Positions 47,798 to 57,314 of a stretch of DNA of 64,000 nucleotides are shown one piece after another. The notes beneath the pieces were generated by a model, which ran no database searches, was not told where the DNA came from, and saw only the letters and a list, made by a program, of their open reading frames with translations. The stretch is from positions 1 through 64,000 of the forward strand of contig JBGAIQ010000004.1 in assembly GCA_044225365.1 (NCBI GenBank), given 5' to 3'. The position numbers were made by a program, and so were the translations under genes. Source of the stretch: Planctomycetota bacterium (GTDB lineage Bacteria; Planctomycetota; B15-G4; JADJEK01). Position 1 is the stretch's first letter, and every line of letters starts with the position of its first letter.

Positions 47798-50284
47798 ATG
47801 CAGACCCCGATCCACAAAGTCGCAGGCAGAGAGTGGATGTTCTGCGCGTTGATCGCTCTTCCGGCGACCGCGATGGGAAACGACGTGCCCGCGCCGCGGA
47901 GCGCCCCTCACCTCCCAGCGGCGTTCATCGAGAACGCGGGTCAGTTCGATCCCGCGGTGCGATTCCAGATGAGTAGCGCCGCGATGACGGCGTGGTTCGC
48001 TCCGGATCGATTCTTGCTCGACCTGCGGGCGAAGGACGCGAGTCGAAGCGGATGCGTGCTCGCTTTCACGTTCGAAGGCGCGGCGGCGACGACCCATCTC
48101 GACGGGTCCGACGAACTCAGCACGAAGTTCCACTACTACCGCGGAAACGACCCCCAGCGCTGGGCCGACGCGCGCGGCTTCCAATCGCTCGGCTATCGCG
48201 ATCTGTATCCAGGGATCGATGTCGCGTTCCGACGCGTCGAGGGGGAACTCGAGTACGACATCATCGCGAGCCGGAATGCGCACACGACCGACGTCGTGGT
48301 GCGCTGCGATGGCGCCGACTCGCTGTCGATCGACGACGACGGCTCCCTCCGCATCGACACGGCCGCGGGAACCCTGCGCCAGCCTCCGCCGCGCACGATG
48401 AAATTGAACCCCGATGGGTCGCGCACCCCAGTCGACAGCCGATTCAAACTCCTCGACGCCGATCGCTTCGGCTTCGAAGTCGACGGCACGACGGACGACG
48501 CGATCGTGATCGACCCGACTCTCGTCTATTCGACGTATCTCGACGGCGTCGTCGACGAATACGGCAAGGCGATCGAGGTCGATGCCAACGGCGTCGCGAC
48601 GATCGTCGGCCTCACGCAGTCGTCGGACTTCCCGACGACGGTCGGCGCCTACGACACGTCGTTCAACGGCAACTACGACGCAATCCTCGTGCGCCTCAAC
48701 GCCGCAGGCAGCGGACTCGCCTACGCAACGTTCTTCGGCGGCACGAACGACGACCGCGCGTTCGGCGTCGCGTTCGACTCGCTCGGAAACACGTACGTGA
48801 CGGGCACGACGAAGTCGACGAACTTCCCGACCACCGCGGGTGTGTTCCAGACCACGCTGAAGGGCGCCGCCGACGCCTACGCCGCGAAGTTCAACTCGAA
48901 CGGCGGACTCTTGTTCTCGACCTACCTCGGCGGCACGAACACCGAATCCGGCCACGACATCACCGTCGATTCGCTGAATCGGCCGGTGGTCACCGGCGGC
49001 ACGTTCTCCGTCGACTTCCCGACGACGGCGGGCGCATTCAGCACCACGTACGGCGGCACGACGACGGGCGTGTACGGCGACGGCTACGTCGCGCGCCTCA
49101 ACGCCACCGCCACCGCCCTCGTCTCCGGCACCTACCTCGGCGGTGCCTCGGACGACGAGACGAATCACATCGCGATCGACGCGACCGACGACGCCTACGT
49201 CGTCGGCGTGGGCGGTTCCGCTTTCCCGACGACGGTCGGTGCGTTCGACACGATCTACAATGGCGGCCCCGCCGATTGCTTCCTCGCGCGCGTGAACCCG
49301 ACGGGCGGCCTCGTGTTCTCGACGTTCGTCGGCGGCGGCGCGAACGACATCGCGAACAGCGTGGCGTCCGTGCCGGAAGGCGGGGCGTTGTTCTGCGGGT
49401 CCACGGGATCGACGGACTTCCCGACCACTCCCGGCGCGTGGGACACCACGTTCAACGGCAGCACGTTCGACGCTCTCGTCGTCAAGGTCGACGCGACGGG
49501 CACGAGCCTCGTCTATGCCACGTTCCTCGGCGGCGCGCAGAAGGACTTCGGCCAGGCGGTCGCGACCGACGGCGCGGGTCGCGCCTACGTCACCGGAAAC
49601 ACGAACTCGACGAACTTCCCGACGACGCCGGGTGCGTGGGACACGACCGCGAACGGCGCGAACGATCTTTATGTCGCAAAGCTCGACACGGCCGGCGCGA
49701 CGCTGCAGTACTCGAGCTTCGTCGGCGGCACCGGCGAAGAATTCGACTACGGGATCGCGGTCGATCCGCGCGGCGGGGTGTACTTCACGGGCTACACCGC
49801 GGGCACCTATCCGACGACCGTCGGCGCGTTCGACACGACGCCGAAGGGCGCGAACGACGCCGTCGTCACCAAATTCGATCTGTGCTCCGGCACCTTCTCG
49901 ACCTACGGCACGGGTTGCGTGGGCAGTGGCGGATTCGTTCCGTCGCTCTCTGGTTCGGGATGTCCGGCGGGCGGATTCGACGTCACGCTCACGATCTCGC
50001 AGGGCCTCGGCGGCTCCACCGCGTTGCTCTTCTTCGGTCTTGGACAAGGCACGCTGCCGGTGATCCCGACGTGCGCGCTCCAGGTGGCTCCGATCATCCC
50101 GCAGTTCACGCTCGCGGTCCCGCTCTTCGGCGCAGGCCCGGGCGGAGGAGCGATCCCTCTCACCGGAGCGATCCCACCCGAAGCGTTCCCGTTCGACGTG
50201 TACATGCAGGCTCTCGTCGGCGATCCCGGCGCCAACGCCGGCATCGCTTCCACCAATCCGCTCAAGATGCACATCGGTCCCTGA
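47798..50284 (+). CDS. Secreted SBBP (beta-propeller repeat) protein with shared C-terminal domain
   Basis: FIENAGQ, YRDLYPGID, VIDPTLVYSTY, repeated YVTG.T.S.NFPTT.GAFDT; YGTGCVG..TNPLKMHIGP tail; RBS aggag. Confidence 0.88.
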   Translation: MQTPIHKVAGREWMFCALIALPATAMGNDVPAPRSAPHLPAAFIENAGQFDPAVRFQMSSAAMTAWFAPDRFLLDLRAKDASRSGCVLAFTFEGAAATTHLDGSDELSTKFHYYRGNDPQRWADARGFQSLGYRDLYPGIDVAFRRVEGELEYDIIASRNAHTTDVVVRCDGADSLSIDDDGSLRIDTAAGTLRQPPPRTMKLNPDGSRTPVDSRFKLLDADRFGFEVDGTTDDAIVIDPTLVYSTYLDGVVDEYGKAIEVDANGVATIVGLTQSSDFPTTVGAYDTSFNGNYDAILVRLNAAGSGLAYATFFGGTNDDRAFGVAFDSLGNTYVTGTTKSTNFPTTAGVFQTTLKGAADAYAAKFNSNGGLLFSTYLGGTNTESGHDITVDSLNRPVVTGGTFSVDFPTTAGAFSTTYGGTTTGVYGDGYVARLNATATALVSGTYLGGASDDETNHIAIDATDDAYVVGVGGSAFPTTVGAFDTIYNGGPADCFLARVNPTGGLVFSTFVGGGANDIANSVASVPEGGALFCGSTGSTDFPTTPGAWDTTFNGSTFDALVVKVDATGTSLVYATFLGGAQKDFGQAVATDGAGRAYVTGNTNSTNFPTTPGAWDTTANGANDLYVAKLDTAGATLQYSSFVGGTGEEFDYGIAVDPRGGVYFTGYTAGTYPTTVGAFDTTPKGANDAVVTKFDLCSGTFSTYGTGCVGSGGFVPSLSGSGCPAGGFDVTLTISQGLGGSTALLFFGLGQGTLPVIPTCALQVAPIIPQFTLAVPLFGAGPGGGAIPLTGAIPPEAFPFDVYMQALVGDPGANAGIASTNPLKMHIGP

Positions 50285-50298
50285 GAGGTCCCGACGCG

Positions 50299-51951
50299 AT
50301 GCGACCTCTCTGCTCGATCGCGCCTGTCGTCCTCTCGTTCGCCACGGCGAGCTTCGCCAGCGCGCAAGTCGAGTTGTTCGAGGTCCACGGTGATTCGCCG
50401 AACGATCTGTTCGGCAACTCCGTCGCCGCCGCGGGCGACGTGAACGGCGATGGATTCGCCGACGTCATCGTCGGTGCGCCTTGGGACGGCAACAACGGCG
50501 CCAAGTCCGGGAGCGCGCGAGTCCTCTCCGGCAAGAACGGCGCGACCCTGTGGGCGTGGAACGGCGACTCCGCGGGCGACGAGTTCGGCATCGCGGTGGC
50601 GGGAGCGGGAGACGTCGATCAGGACGGCTTTGCGGATCTCGTCGTCGGAGCGCACCTCGACGACGTCGCCGGAGCCGACACTGGAACGGGCTTCGTGTTC
50701 TCGGGCAAGACGGGCGCGCTCCTCTTCTCCGCGCACGGGGCGCAACCGGACGACTCGCTCGGAGCCGCCGTCGCGGGTGCGGGCGATCTCGATCACGACG
50801 GCTTCGCCGACGTCGTGATCGCATCGCATCACTACAACGCGAACGGTCCGCACTCGGGCGCCGTCTTCGTCTACTCGGGGAAGACCTGGTCGCTCCTGTT
50901 GTCCGCGTACGGCAACTCCGCGGACGACGACTTCGGTCATGCCGTTTCGCTCGCGGGCGATGTCGACCACGACGGATTCGACGATCTGCTGGTCGGGGCT
51001 CACGGGTATTCGGCGAATGGGCCGCACGCGGGCGGTGCGTTCGTGGTTTCCGGCAAGACAGGTGCGAAGCTCCTCACCTTCGCAGGCGACTCACCCGGCG
51101 ACGACATGGGGCGCGCAGTGGCTGCGGGCGGCGACGTAAACCTCGACGGCTTTCCCGATCTCTTCGTCGGAATGCCGGGCGACGACAATCATGGCCTGGA
51201 GTCCGGCAGTGCCCGCCTGTTCTCCGGGAAGACGGGATCGATCCTCTTTCAGTTCGACGGCGATTCGACGGGCGACGGCCTCGGGATGGCGGTGCTCGGC
51301 GACTTCGATGCGGATGGCGACGGCGTCCCCGATCCGGTCACCGCGGCGCCCGGCGACGACGACACCGGGCTCAACACCGGAAGCGTGAAGATCCATGCCG
51401 GCGCGAACGGCGCGCTGCTCTACTCGTTGAACGGCGATTCGCCGGGACTACGGATCTGGCGCTCGCTCGCGGTGATCGACGCGAACGGCGACGGCGCCAA
51501 GGACCTCCTCGTCGGCAATCCGTACGACGATTCCTCCGGCGTCGATTCCGGCGAGGTCGCGCTGTACTCGGGCAATCAACTGGCTTGGTCGGATCTCGGC
51601 CACTCGCTCGCGGGCGGTGGCGGCGCGCCGCAGCTCGCGGGAAGCGGCTACCTCACGGCAGGCACACCGATCGCGCTCGTCCTGTCCCACGCCGCAGCCA
51701 ACGCACCCGTCGGCATCGTCGTCGGCTTCAGCGCACTCAACGCTCCGCTCTACGGCGGCCTCCTGGTCCCCTCGCCCAACATCGTCCTCGTCGGCGTCAC
51801 GACGAATCCGAGCGGATCGCTCGCCCTCAACGCGATCTGGCCGGCGGGCGTCCCGAGCGGAACGACCGTGCTGTTCCAGGACTGGCTGATCGACTCGAGC
51901 GGGCTACTCGGCTTCACCGCGTCGAACGCCCTGCGCGCCGTCACGCACTGA
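50299..51951 (+). CDS. Secreted FG-GAP (integrin-alpha-like) repeat protein with shared C-terminal domain
   Basis: Real start MRPLCSIAPVV inside the 47992..51951 ORF; repeats of FG..VA.AGDV..DGFAD..VGA; ..FQDWLID..FTASNAL tail. Confidence 0.88.
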   Translation: MRPLCSIAPVVLSFATASFASAQVELFEVHGDSPNDLFGNSVAAAGDVNGDGFADVIVGAPWDGNNGAKSGSARVLSGKNGATLWAWNGDSAGDEFGIAVAGAGDVDQDGFADLVVGAHLDDVAGADTGTGFVFSGKTGALLFSAHGAQPDDSLGAAVAGAGDLDHDGFADVVIASHHYNANGPHSGAVFVYSGKTWSLLLSAYGNSADDDFGHAVSLAGDVDHDGFDDLLVGAHGYSANGPHAGGAFVVSGKTGAKLLTFAGDSPGDDMGRAVAAGGDVNLDGFPDLFVGMPGDDNHGLESGSARLFSGKTGSILFQFDGDSTGDGLGMAVLGDFDADGDGVPDPVTAAPGDDDTGLNTGSVKIHAGANGALLYSLNGDSPGLRIWRSLAVIDANGDGAKDLLVGNPYDDSSGVDSGEVALYSGNQLAWSDLGHSLAGGGGAPQLAGSGYLTAGTPIALVLSHAAANAPVGIVVGFSALNAPLYGGLLVPSPNIVLVGVTTNPSGSLALNAIWPAGVPSGTTVLFQDWLIDSSGLLGFTASNALRAVTH

Positions 51952-52152
51952 TCGCTCGCACGTCGCCGAGTGCCGTACTCCGCGTCACGCGAGGAAAACT
52001 CTTCCTCCCCTCCCCCTCCGAGCGCCGAACGCTTTTCCTCGTCGACCCTGTTCCCGGGCATCCCCGCCCTGCCCTCTTCGACTTTCTCAACTCGCTGCCG
52101 CTTCGAGAGTTGTCCTGATCCGGCGACGACCGTTCTCAAGGCTTTCGGTCAC

Positions 52153-52167
52153 TGGCACTGCCTTTGA
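52153..52167 (+). promoter_or_regulatory. Candidate sigma54 (-24/-12) promoter
   Basis: TGGCAC-tgcct-TTGA, one mismatch to TGGCAC-N5-TTGC, about 65 nt upstream of the epimerase. Confidence 0.35.
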
Positions 52168-52233
52168 ACCAGCGCTTCCCACGCGACGCACTCCGAGTCG
52201 ACGACGACTCGCTCTGCGCCGAAGGAGGCTTTC

Positions 52234-53352
52234 ATGCGTGTTCTGGTGACCGGTGGTGCGGGTTTCGTAGGTTCGCATTTGGTGGATGCGCTCGTGGCGC
52301 GCGGGTACCGCGTTCGCGTGTACGACAGCCTCGAGCGGCAGGTTCATCCGGGCGGGCGAGTCCCGTCGTATCTCGCGCGGGACGTCGAGTTCATCCACGG
52401 CGATTGCCGGGATCGTGAGCGACTGAAGCGCGCGCTCGATGGGATCGACGTCGTGTACCACGAGGCGGCGTACGTGGGCGTGGGTCAATCGATGTACGAG
52501 ATCCGCCGCTACGTCGAAGGCAATTCGGTCGGTGGCGCCACCCTCCTCGACATCCTCGCGAACGAGAAGCACAGCGTGAAGAAGCTGATCGTCGCGTCGT
52601 CGATGTCGATCTACGGCGAAGGCGGTTACCACTGCTCGCAGTGCGGCGTCGTCTCGCCGCCGCTGCGAACGAAGGAGCAGATGACGAAGCACGACTGGGA
52701 ACTGCATTGCCCCAAGTGCTCGCGCATCACGAATCCGATCGGCACGACCGAGGACAAGCCGCTCCAGCCCACTTCGATCTACGCGGTCACGAAGCGCGAT
52801 CACGAGGAAATGTTCCTCTCCTACGGTCGCGCCTATGGCGTCCCCACGGTCGCACTGCGTTACTTCAACATCTACGGCTCGCGACAAGCCCTCTCGAATC
52901 CGTACACGGGCGTGCTCGCGATCTTCGGTGGACGCATCCTCTCGGGCAATCGCCCCGTGATCTACGAGGATGGTCTGCAGACGCGCGACTTCGTCCACGT
53001 GAACGACATCGTCCAGGCGAACCTCCTCGCGCTCGACAAGGACGAAGCGAACTACGAAGTGTTCAACGTCGGCACGGGCCGCCCGAGCTCGGTGCTGAAG
53101 ATCTGCGAGTTCTTCCAGGAGAAGCTCGGCACGACCGTTCAGCCCGATATTCGCGAGCAGTTCCGCGAAGGCGACATCCGCCACTGCTACGCCGACATCT
53201 CGAAGATCACGAAGCGCCTCGGCTACCAGCCGACCATGCGGCTCGAGGAAGGCCTCGACGAGCTCGTCGATTGGGTCAAGGAGCAGAAGGCGCTCGCGGA
53301 CTCGTTCGAGAACGCGGCTTCGCAACTCGCGGCTCACGGCCTCGTGCGCTGA
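52234..53352 (+). CDS. NAD-dependent nucleotide-sugar epimerase/dehydratase
   Basis: TGGAGFVG, SSMSIYG, YAVTK, RYFNIYG, RDFVHV; RBS aaggagg. Confidence 0.92.
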   Translation: MRVLVTGGAGFVGSHLVDALVARGYRVRVYDSLERQVHPGGRVPSYLARDVEFIHGDCRDRERLKRALDGIDVVYHEAAYVGVGQSMYEIRRYVEGNSVGGATLLDILANEKHSVKKLIVASSMSIYGEGGYHCSQCGVVSPPLRTKEQMTKHDWELHCPKCSRITNPIGTTEDKPLQPTSIYAVTKRDHEEMFLSYGRAYGVPTVALRYFNIYGSRQALSNPYTGVLAIFGGRILSGNRPVIYEDGLQTRDFVHVNDIVQANLLALDKDEANYEVFNVGTGRPSSVLKICEFFQEKLGTTVQPDIREQFREGDIRHCYADISKITKRLGYQPTMRLEEGLDELVDWVKEQKALADSFENAASQLAAHGLVR

Positions 53353-53379
53353 ATCGAATCCAGAAGGAAGGCAAGGAAG

Positions 53380-56300
53380 ATGTCCTCGAACCACGAATCC
53401 GACAGCGGCGCGTACGACAAGCTCTACTACGACAACCACTGCGGAGCGGTGCCGTACGCGCGGGATACCGCGGCGGTGCAGAATCACTTCCGCACCCTCG
53501 CATCGACGATCGTCGAACGCTACCGCCCGACGCGCGTGCTCGACGTCGGTTGCGCGAAGGGGTTCCTCGTCGAACACCTGCGCGACGCTGGAGTCGATGC
53601 GTTTGGACTCGACAGCTCCGAGTACGCGATCTCGGAAGTGCGCGAGGACATCAAGCCTTTCTGCAAGGTCGACTCCGGACTCTCTCCGCTTGGCGCGAAG
53701 TACGACCTGATCACCTGCATCGAGGTCGCCGAGCATCTCACGGAGACGGATTCCGAAGCGCTCGTGAAGAACCTCTGCGAGCACACCGATCACGTGCTCT
53801 TCAGCTCGACTCCGCTCGATTTCGCCGAGGACTCGCACATCAACATCCAGCCGCGCGAGTACTGGGTCGAGCTGTTCGCGCGGAACGGTTTCTATCCCGA
53901 CCTTCGCTTCGAACCCTCGTTCATCACGCCGCAGGCGATGAGCTTCAAGCGGATGACGCGCAAGCTCAACGTCGCGATCTTCTCGAAGGAGAAGCCGGAG
54001 TGGGCCGTCGTGCGTCTACGCATTCTCGACCCATTGCGGGAACTCGAGAAGCAGGGCCGCGCGAACGTGACGTTCATCGGCGGCAACGACACCGAGCTTC
54101 CGATCGAGAAGCTCATGAACGCCGACGTATTCGTCATCCAGCGCGAGTTCGCGGAGAAGGCGTATTCGTCGGAGGTCGTCCAGGCGGCGATGCTGCTGAA
54201 CAAGGTGATCGTGTTCGAGATCGACGATCTGCTCACTCAGGTCCCGCGTTCGAATCCGGTCTACCCGCACTCGACCAGGATCGCGCAAGACCTCATCGAT
54301 GTCGCCCGTGACGCGGACTTCATCACGGCCTCGACGGGGCCTCTGCTCGACGAACTCGCACGCGAGGTCGTCGATGCCCGGCAGAAGGGCCATGTCGTTC
54401 GCAATTGCGTGAACACCGAGATCTGGGGCTCCGAGTTCATCGAGCGTGATCGGCGACCGGGCGATCCTCTCGTCGTGGGCTGGTTCGGCTCGCCGACGCA
54501 CCAGGAGGACCTTGCGATCGTGAAGGACGCGATCTCCTACGTTGCGAGGAAGTACCGCGGCCAGGTCGAGTTCCACTTCTTCGGTTACCTGCCGGAAGAG
54601 CTCGAGAACATCGAAGGCGTGAAACTCGTGCGTCGGTCGCAGCCCAACGTCGTGCTGCATGCGCAGGGAGTCCGCGAGGCCAAGATCGACCTCGCGATCG
54701 CGCCGCTCACCGATCATCCGTTCAACCGCAGCAAGAGCGACCTCAAGTGGCTCGAGTACTCCATCTGCTCGATCCCCGCGATCTTCAGCCGAGTCGCGCC
54801 GTACGAGAACTCGGTGGTGCAGGGCGTCACGGGCATCCTCGTCGAGAACACGACCGCCGATTGGGTCGAGGCGATCGAGCGCATGCTCCGCGACGACGAA
54901 CTCCGCCAGTCCATCGCCCGCAATGCGTTCACCGAGGTGAGGACGTCGTACTGCCTCGATGTCGCCGCGAATACCTGGGACGATCTCTATCGCTCGTTCA
55001 CGGTGTCGGGCTCGCGCCACGGTGCGACCGACTCGAACACCGACGAACTCGCCGCTGAGGCCGCGTCGCTCCTGTTCATGCATCAAGCGGCGCGACAGTC
55101 GAAGTTCGGCACTCCGCAGAGCGCGGTGACGAGCCTCGAGGCATCGCTCGCCTTCTCCAACAAGGCGACGACTCGTGCGGTGGCGACGGGCATCGGCCTG
55201 CTCAGTCACGCGCGTATCGGCGCGGGTGAGAAGATGCTGGAGACCACGACCGCGAAGGATCCGTGCGACGCGGGTTCGTGGCTGTGGCTCGCCAAGCTCT
55301 ACCGGATCACGGGGGACCCGGTGCGGGCCGAGCGCGCGCTCGATGCCGGCGCCCAGCACTGCCCCACCGACGTCGATCTCGCGCTGCTGCACGTCGATCA
55401 TCTGCGTGAAACCGGTCGCGACAGCGAGGTCGGTCCGCGTCTCGCGCCGCTCACCGAAGTCGACTACGAGCCCGATCCCGCTGTCATCCTCATCGACAAC
55501 CTGATCCGGATCGGCCGGCCCCAGGAGGCTCTGAAGATCCTTCGCAGGACCTCCGCCCAGCATCCCGACCTCGACTTCTCGGGACTCACCGTCGCGCTGT
55601 CGCGCGCCCAGTCGATGCCCGCGGACGCCCTCGGCGAGTGGAGCCCGTCACGGCACCGGCGCAACGCCAGCTCGTTCAAACTCGCCGTCTTCAGCGCGGA
55701 CCCGCTCTGCGGGACCCGCGTCCAAACGACTCTCGCGGCGCCACTGCGGGTCCTCGCGAGCGCCGGCCTCGCCGACACCGAATGGAGCGATGGCGTCACC
55801 CGCGCCGAGATCGCGGCGACGGCCGACATCTGCGTGCTGCACCGGGCGTTCCTCGGCGGCCCGCACGCGGCACGCACGATGGCGACGGCTCGCAATCACG
55901 GCAAACGCGTCGCGCTCATGCTCGACGACATGTTGTGGGACCATGCCGAGTCCAGCGTCGCGAAGTACGCGGAGGAGGTCGACTGCATCATCGTGCCGAC
56001 CGAGAGCATGGCGCAGATCGTGACTCGTCTCGCGCCGGCGGCGAGCGATCGAATCCACGTCGTGCCCGCGATGGTCGACGCCGAGATGTTCGGCGGTCGT
56101 CGCTGGCGCTCGTTCGAGAATCGGCCGTTCTCGATCGCGATCGTCACGAGTCACGCGAGACCGAACGATCTGCGCGAACTCGCCTCGCGAATCGGCACCT
56201 TCGTCGAGAGTCATCCGGGGCGCTTCACGCTCACGACGTGGTCGCCCTACTACGACGGCAAGACCGATCTCGCCGCGAGCAAGGCGGTCGGCTCGGCGTC

Positions 56301-56697
56301 GCCGTTCTATCTCGAGTACGCGAAGCGCCTCGAGGACAGCGCCCCGGACGTCGCGCTCATCCCGGTGTCGAAGGACGCGCGATTCGAGGCCCTGTCCGAT
56401 CAGACGTACCTCGAATTCTCTGCGTCGCGAGTCCCCGTGATCGCGAATGCCCGAGGACCGTTCAAGAGTGCGATCCAGGTCGGCTCCACCGGCTTCGTGC
56501 TGGGCGACGACTGGAAGAGTTGGATCGACGGGATCCAGCAACTCCATCAGAATCCGAAGCTCTGTCGCGACGTCGCGGACCGCGCTTGGACGATCACGTT
56601 CGCCGAACGCACCGCGCAACAGAACGCGATTCGGTTCGGGCAAGCCTTGGCCTCGGCAATCCGCGTCGCTGCCAAGCCCGTCGCCGCGATGGCCTGA
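53380..56697 (+). CDS. Multidomain methyltransferase, glycosyltransferase (GT-B), TPR-like region and second GT-like domain
   Basis: VLDVGCAKGF..CIEVAEH; FEIDD..VGWFGSPTH..IAPL..FNRSKSDLKWLEYS; helical repeats; degenerate second copy (MLDD, ALIPV..YLEFS). Confidence 0.85.
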   Translation: MSSNHESDSGAYDKLYYDNHCGAVPYARDTAAVQNHFRTLASTIVERYRPTRVLDVGCAKGFLVEHLRDAGVDAFGLDSSEYAISEVREDIKPFCKVDSGLSPLGAKYDLITCIEVAEHLTETDSEALVKNLCEHTDHVLFSSTPLDFAEDSHINIQPREYWVELFARNGFYPDLRFEPSFITPQAMSFKRMTRKLNVAIFSKEKPEWAVVRLRILDPLRELEKQGRANVTFIGGNDTELPIEKLMNADVFVIQREFAEKAYSSEVVQAAMLLNKVIVFEIDDLLTQVPRSNPVYPHSTRIAQDLIDVARDADFITASTGPLLDELAREVVDARQKGHVVRNCVNTEIWGSEFIERDRRPGDPLVVGWFGSPTHQEDLAIVKDAISYVARKYRGQVEFHFFGYLPEELENIEGVKLVRRSQPNVVLHAQGVREAKIDLAIAPLTDHPFNRSKSDLKWLEYSICSIPAIFSRVAPYENSVVQGVTGILVENTTADWVEAIERMLRDDELRQSIARNAFTEVRTSYCLDVAANTWDDLYRSFTVSGSRHGATDSNTDELAAEAASLLFMHQAARQSKFGTPQSAVTSLEASLAFSNKATTRAVATGIGLLSHARIGAGEKMLETTTAKDPCDAGSWLWLAKLYRITGDPVRAERALDAGAQHCPTDVDLALLHVDHLRETGRDSEVGPRLAPLTEVDYEPDPAVILIDNLIRIGRPQEALKILRRTSAQHPDLDFSGLTVALSRAQSMPADALGEWSPSRHRRNASSFKLAVFSADPLCGTRVQTTLAAPLRVLASAGLADTEWSDGVTRAEIAATADICVLHRAFLGGPHAARTMATARNHGKRVALMLDDMLWDHAESSVAKYAEEVDCIIVPTESMAQIVTRLAPAASDRIHVVPAMVDAEMFGGRRWRSFENRPFSIAIVTSHARPNDLRELASRIGTFVESHPGRFTLTTWSPYYDGKTDLAASKAVGSASPFYLEYAKRLEDSAPDVALIPVSKDARFEALSDQTYLEFSASRVPVIANARGPFKSAIQVGSTGFVLGDDWKSWIDGIQQLHQNPKLCRDVADRAWTITFAERTAQQNAIRFGQALASAIRVAAKPVAAMA

Positions 56698-56716
56698 TTC
56701 GTAGCGACCCCACGAA

Positions 56717-56749
56717 GGGCCCCCGGTGCACGACCTGCATCGGGGGCCC
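56717..56749 (+). terminator. Probable terminator hairpin
   Basis: gggcccccggtgca-cgacc-tgcatcgggggccc after the GT gene. Confidence 0.65.
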
Positions 56750-56885
56750 ATTCGATTGCATCCTCCGCGCTTCTTTTCACGAAACGAGCGCGTACGCTTG
56801 ACGAGATACCCTGGGCGATCGCATCGTTCGGGGAGATCGTCGATTCGTTTCCAATGGTTGCAATTCACTCCTGAAGGAGGATTCG

Positions 56886-57242
56886 ATGCGTTTCAACACT
56901 CTCGCGACGGTGGCCCTCGCGGCCATTTGTGCCGGCGGCTGCTCGTTCAAGGACACTGCGAAGAACGAGAACTTCAACGGCATGAAGGACCTGCACGGCA
57001 ACGCCGTGACCCACATGAACTACAGCCGCCTCGGTCTCAACCTGCTGTTCTCCCGCCCGTGGATCCACGACCCGACGCTCGACGCCACGGTCGCCGAGCT
57101 CACGGCCGACGCGAAGGCGGCGGGCAACAGCAAGATGCAGATCGTCCAGTCCGACGCGACGACGTACTGGTGGGTATTCCCGCCGATCAGCTTCATCGTC
57201 ACGCCCGCGCTGTCGAACGTCGCGGCCGACGTTTCGAAGTGA
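56886..57242 (+). CDS. Small hypothetical lipoprotein
   Basis: RBS aaggagg; signal with AGGC lipobox; 118 aa. Confidence 0.75.
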   Translation: MRFNTLATVALAAICAGGCSFKDTAKNENFNGMKDLHGNAVTHMNYSRLGLNLLFSRPWIHDPTLDATVAELTADAKAAGNSKMQIVQSDATTYWWVFPPISFIVTPALSNVAADVSK

Positions 57243-57314
57243 CGTCCTGATTCCTCGCGGCGCTGGCGGATCCTCGATTCGCCGGCGCCGCGATTTCGTT
57301 TCGAAAGCGTGCGA

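Noticed and set aside
47992-50298. N-terminal 769 aa of the 1319-aa ORF (apparent giant protein or frameshift fusion)
   Set aside because: It is an off-frame overlap with the SBBP gene; the FG-GAP gene has its own signal peptide starting at 50299.
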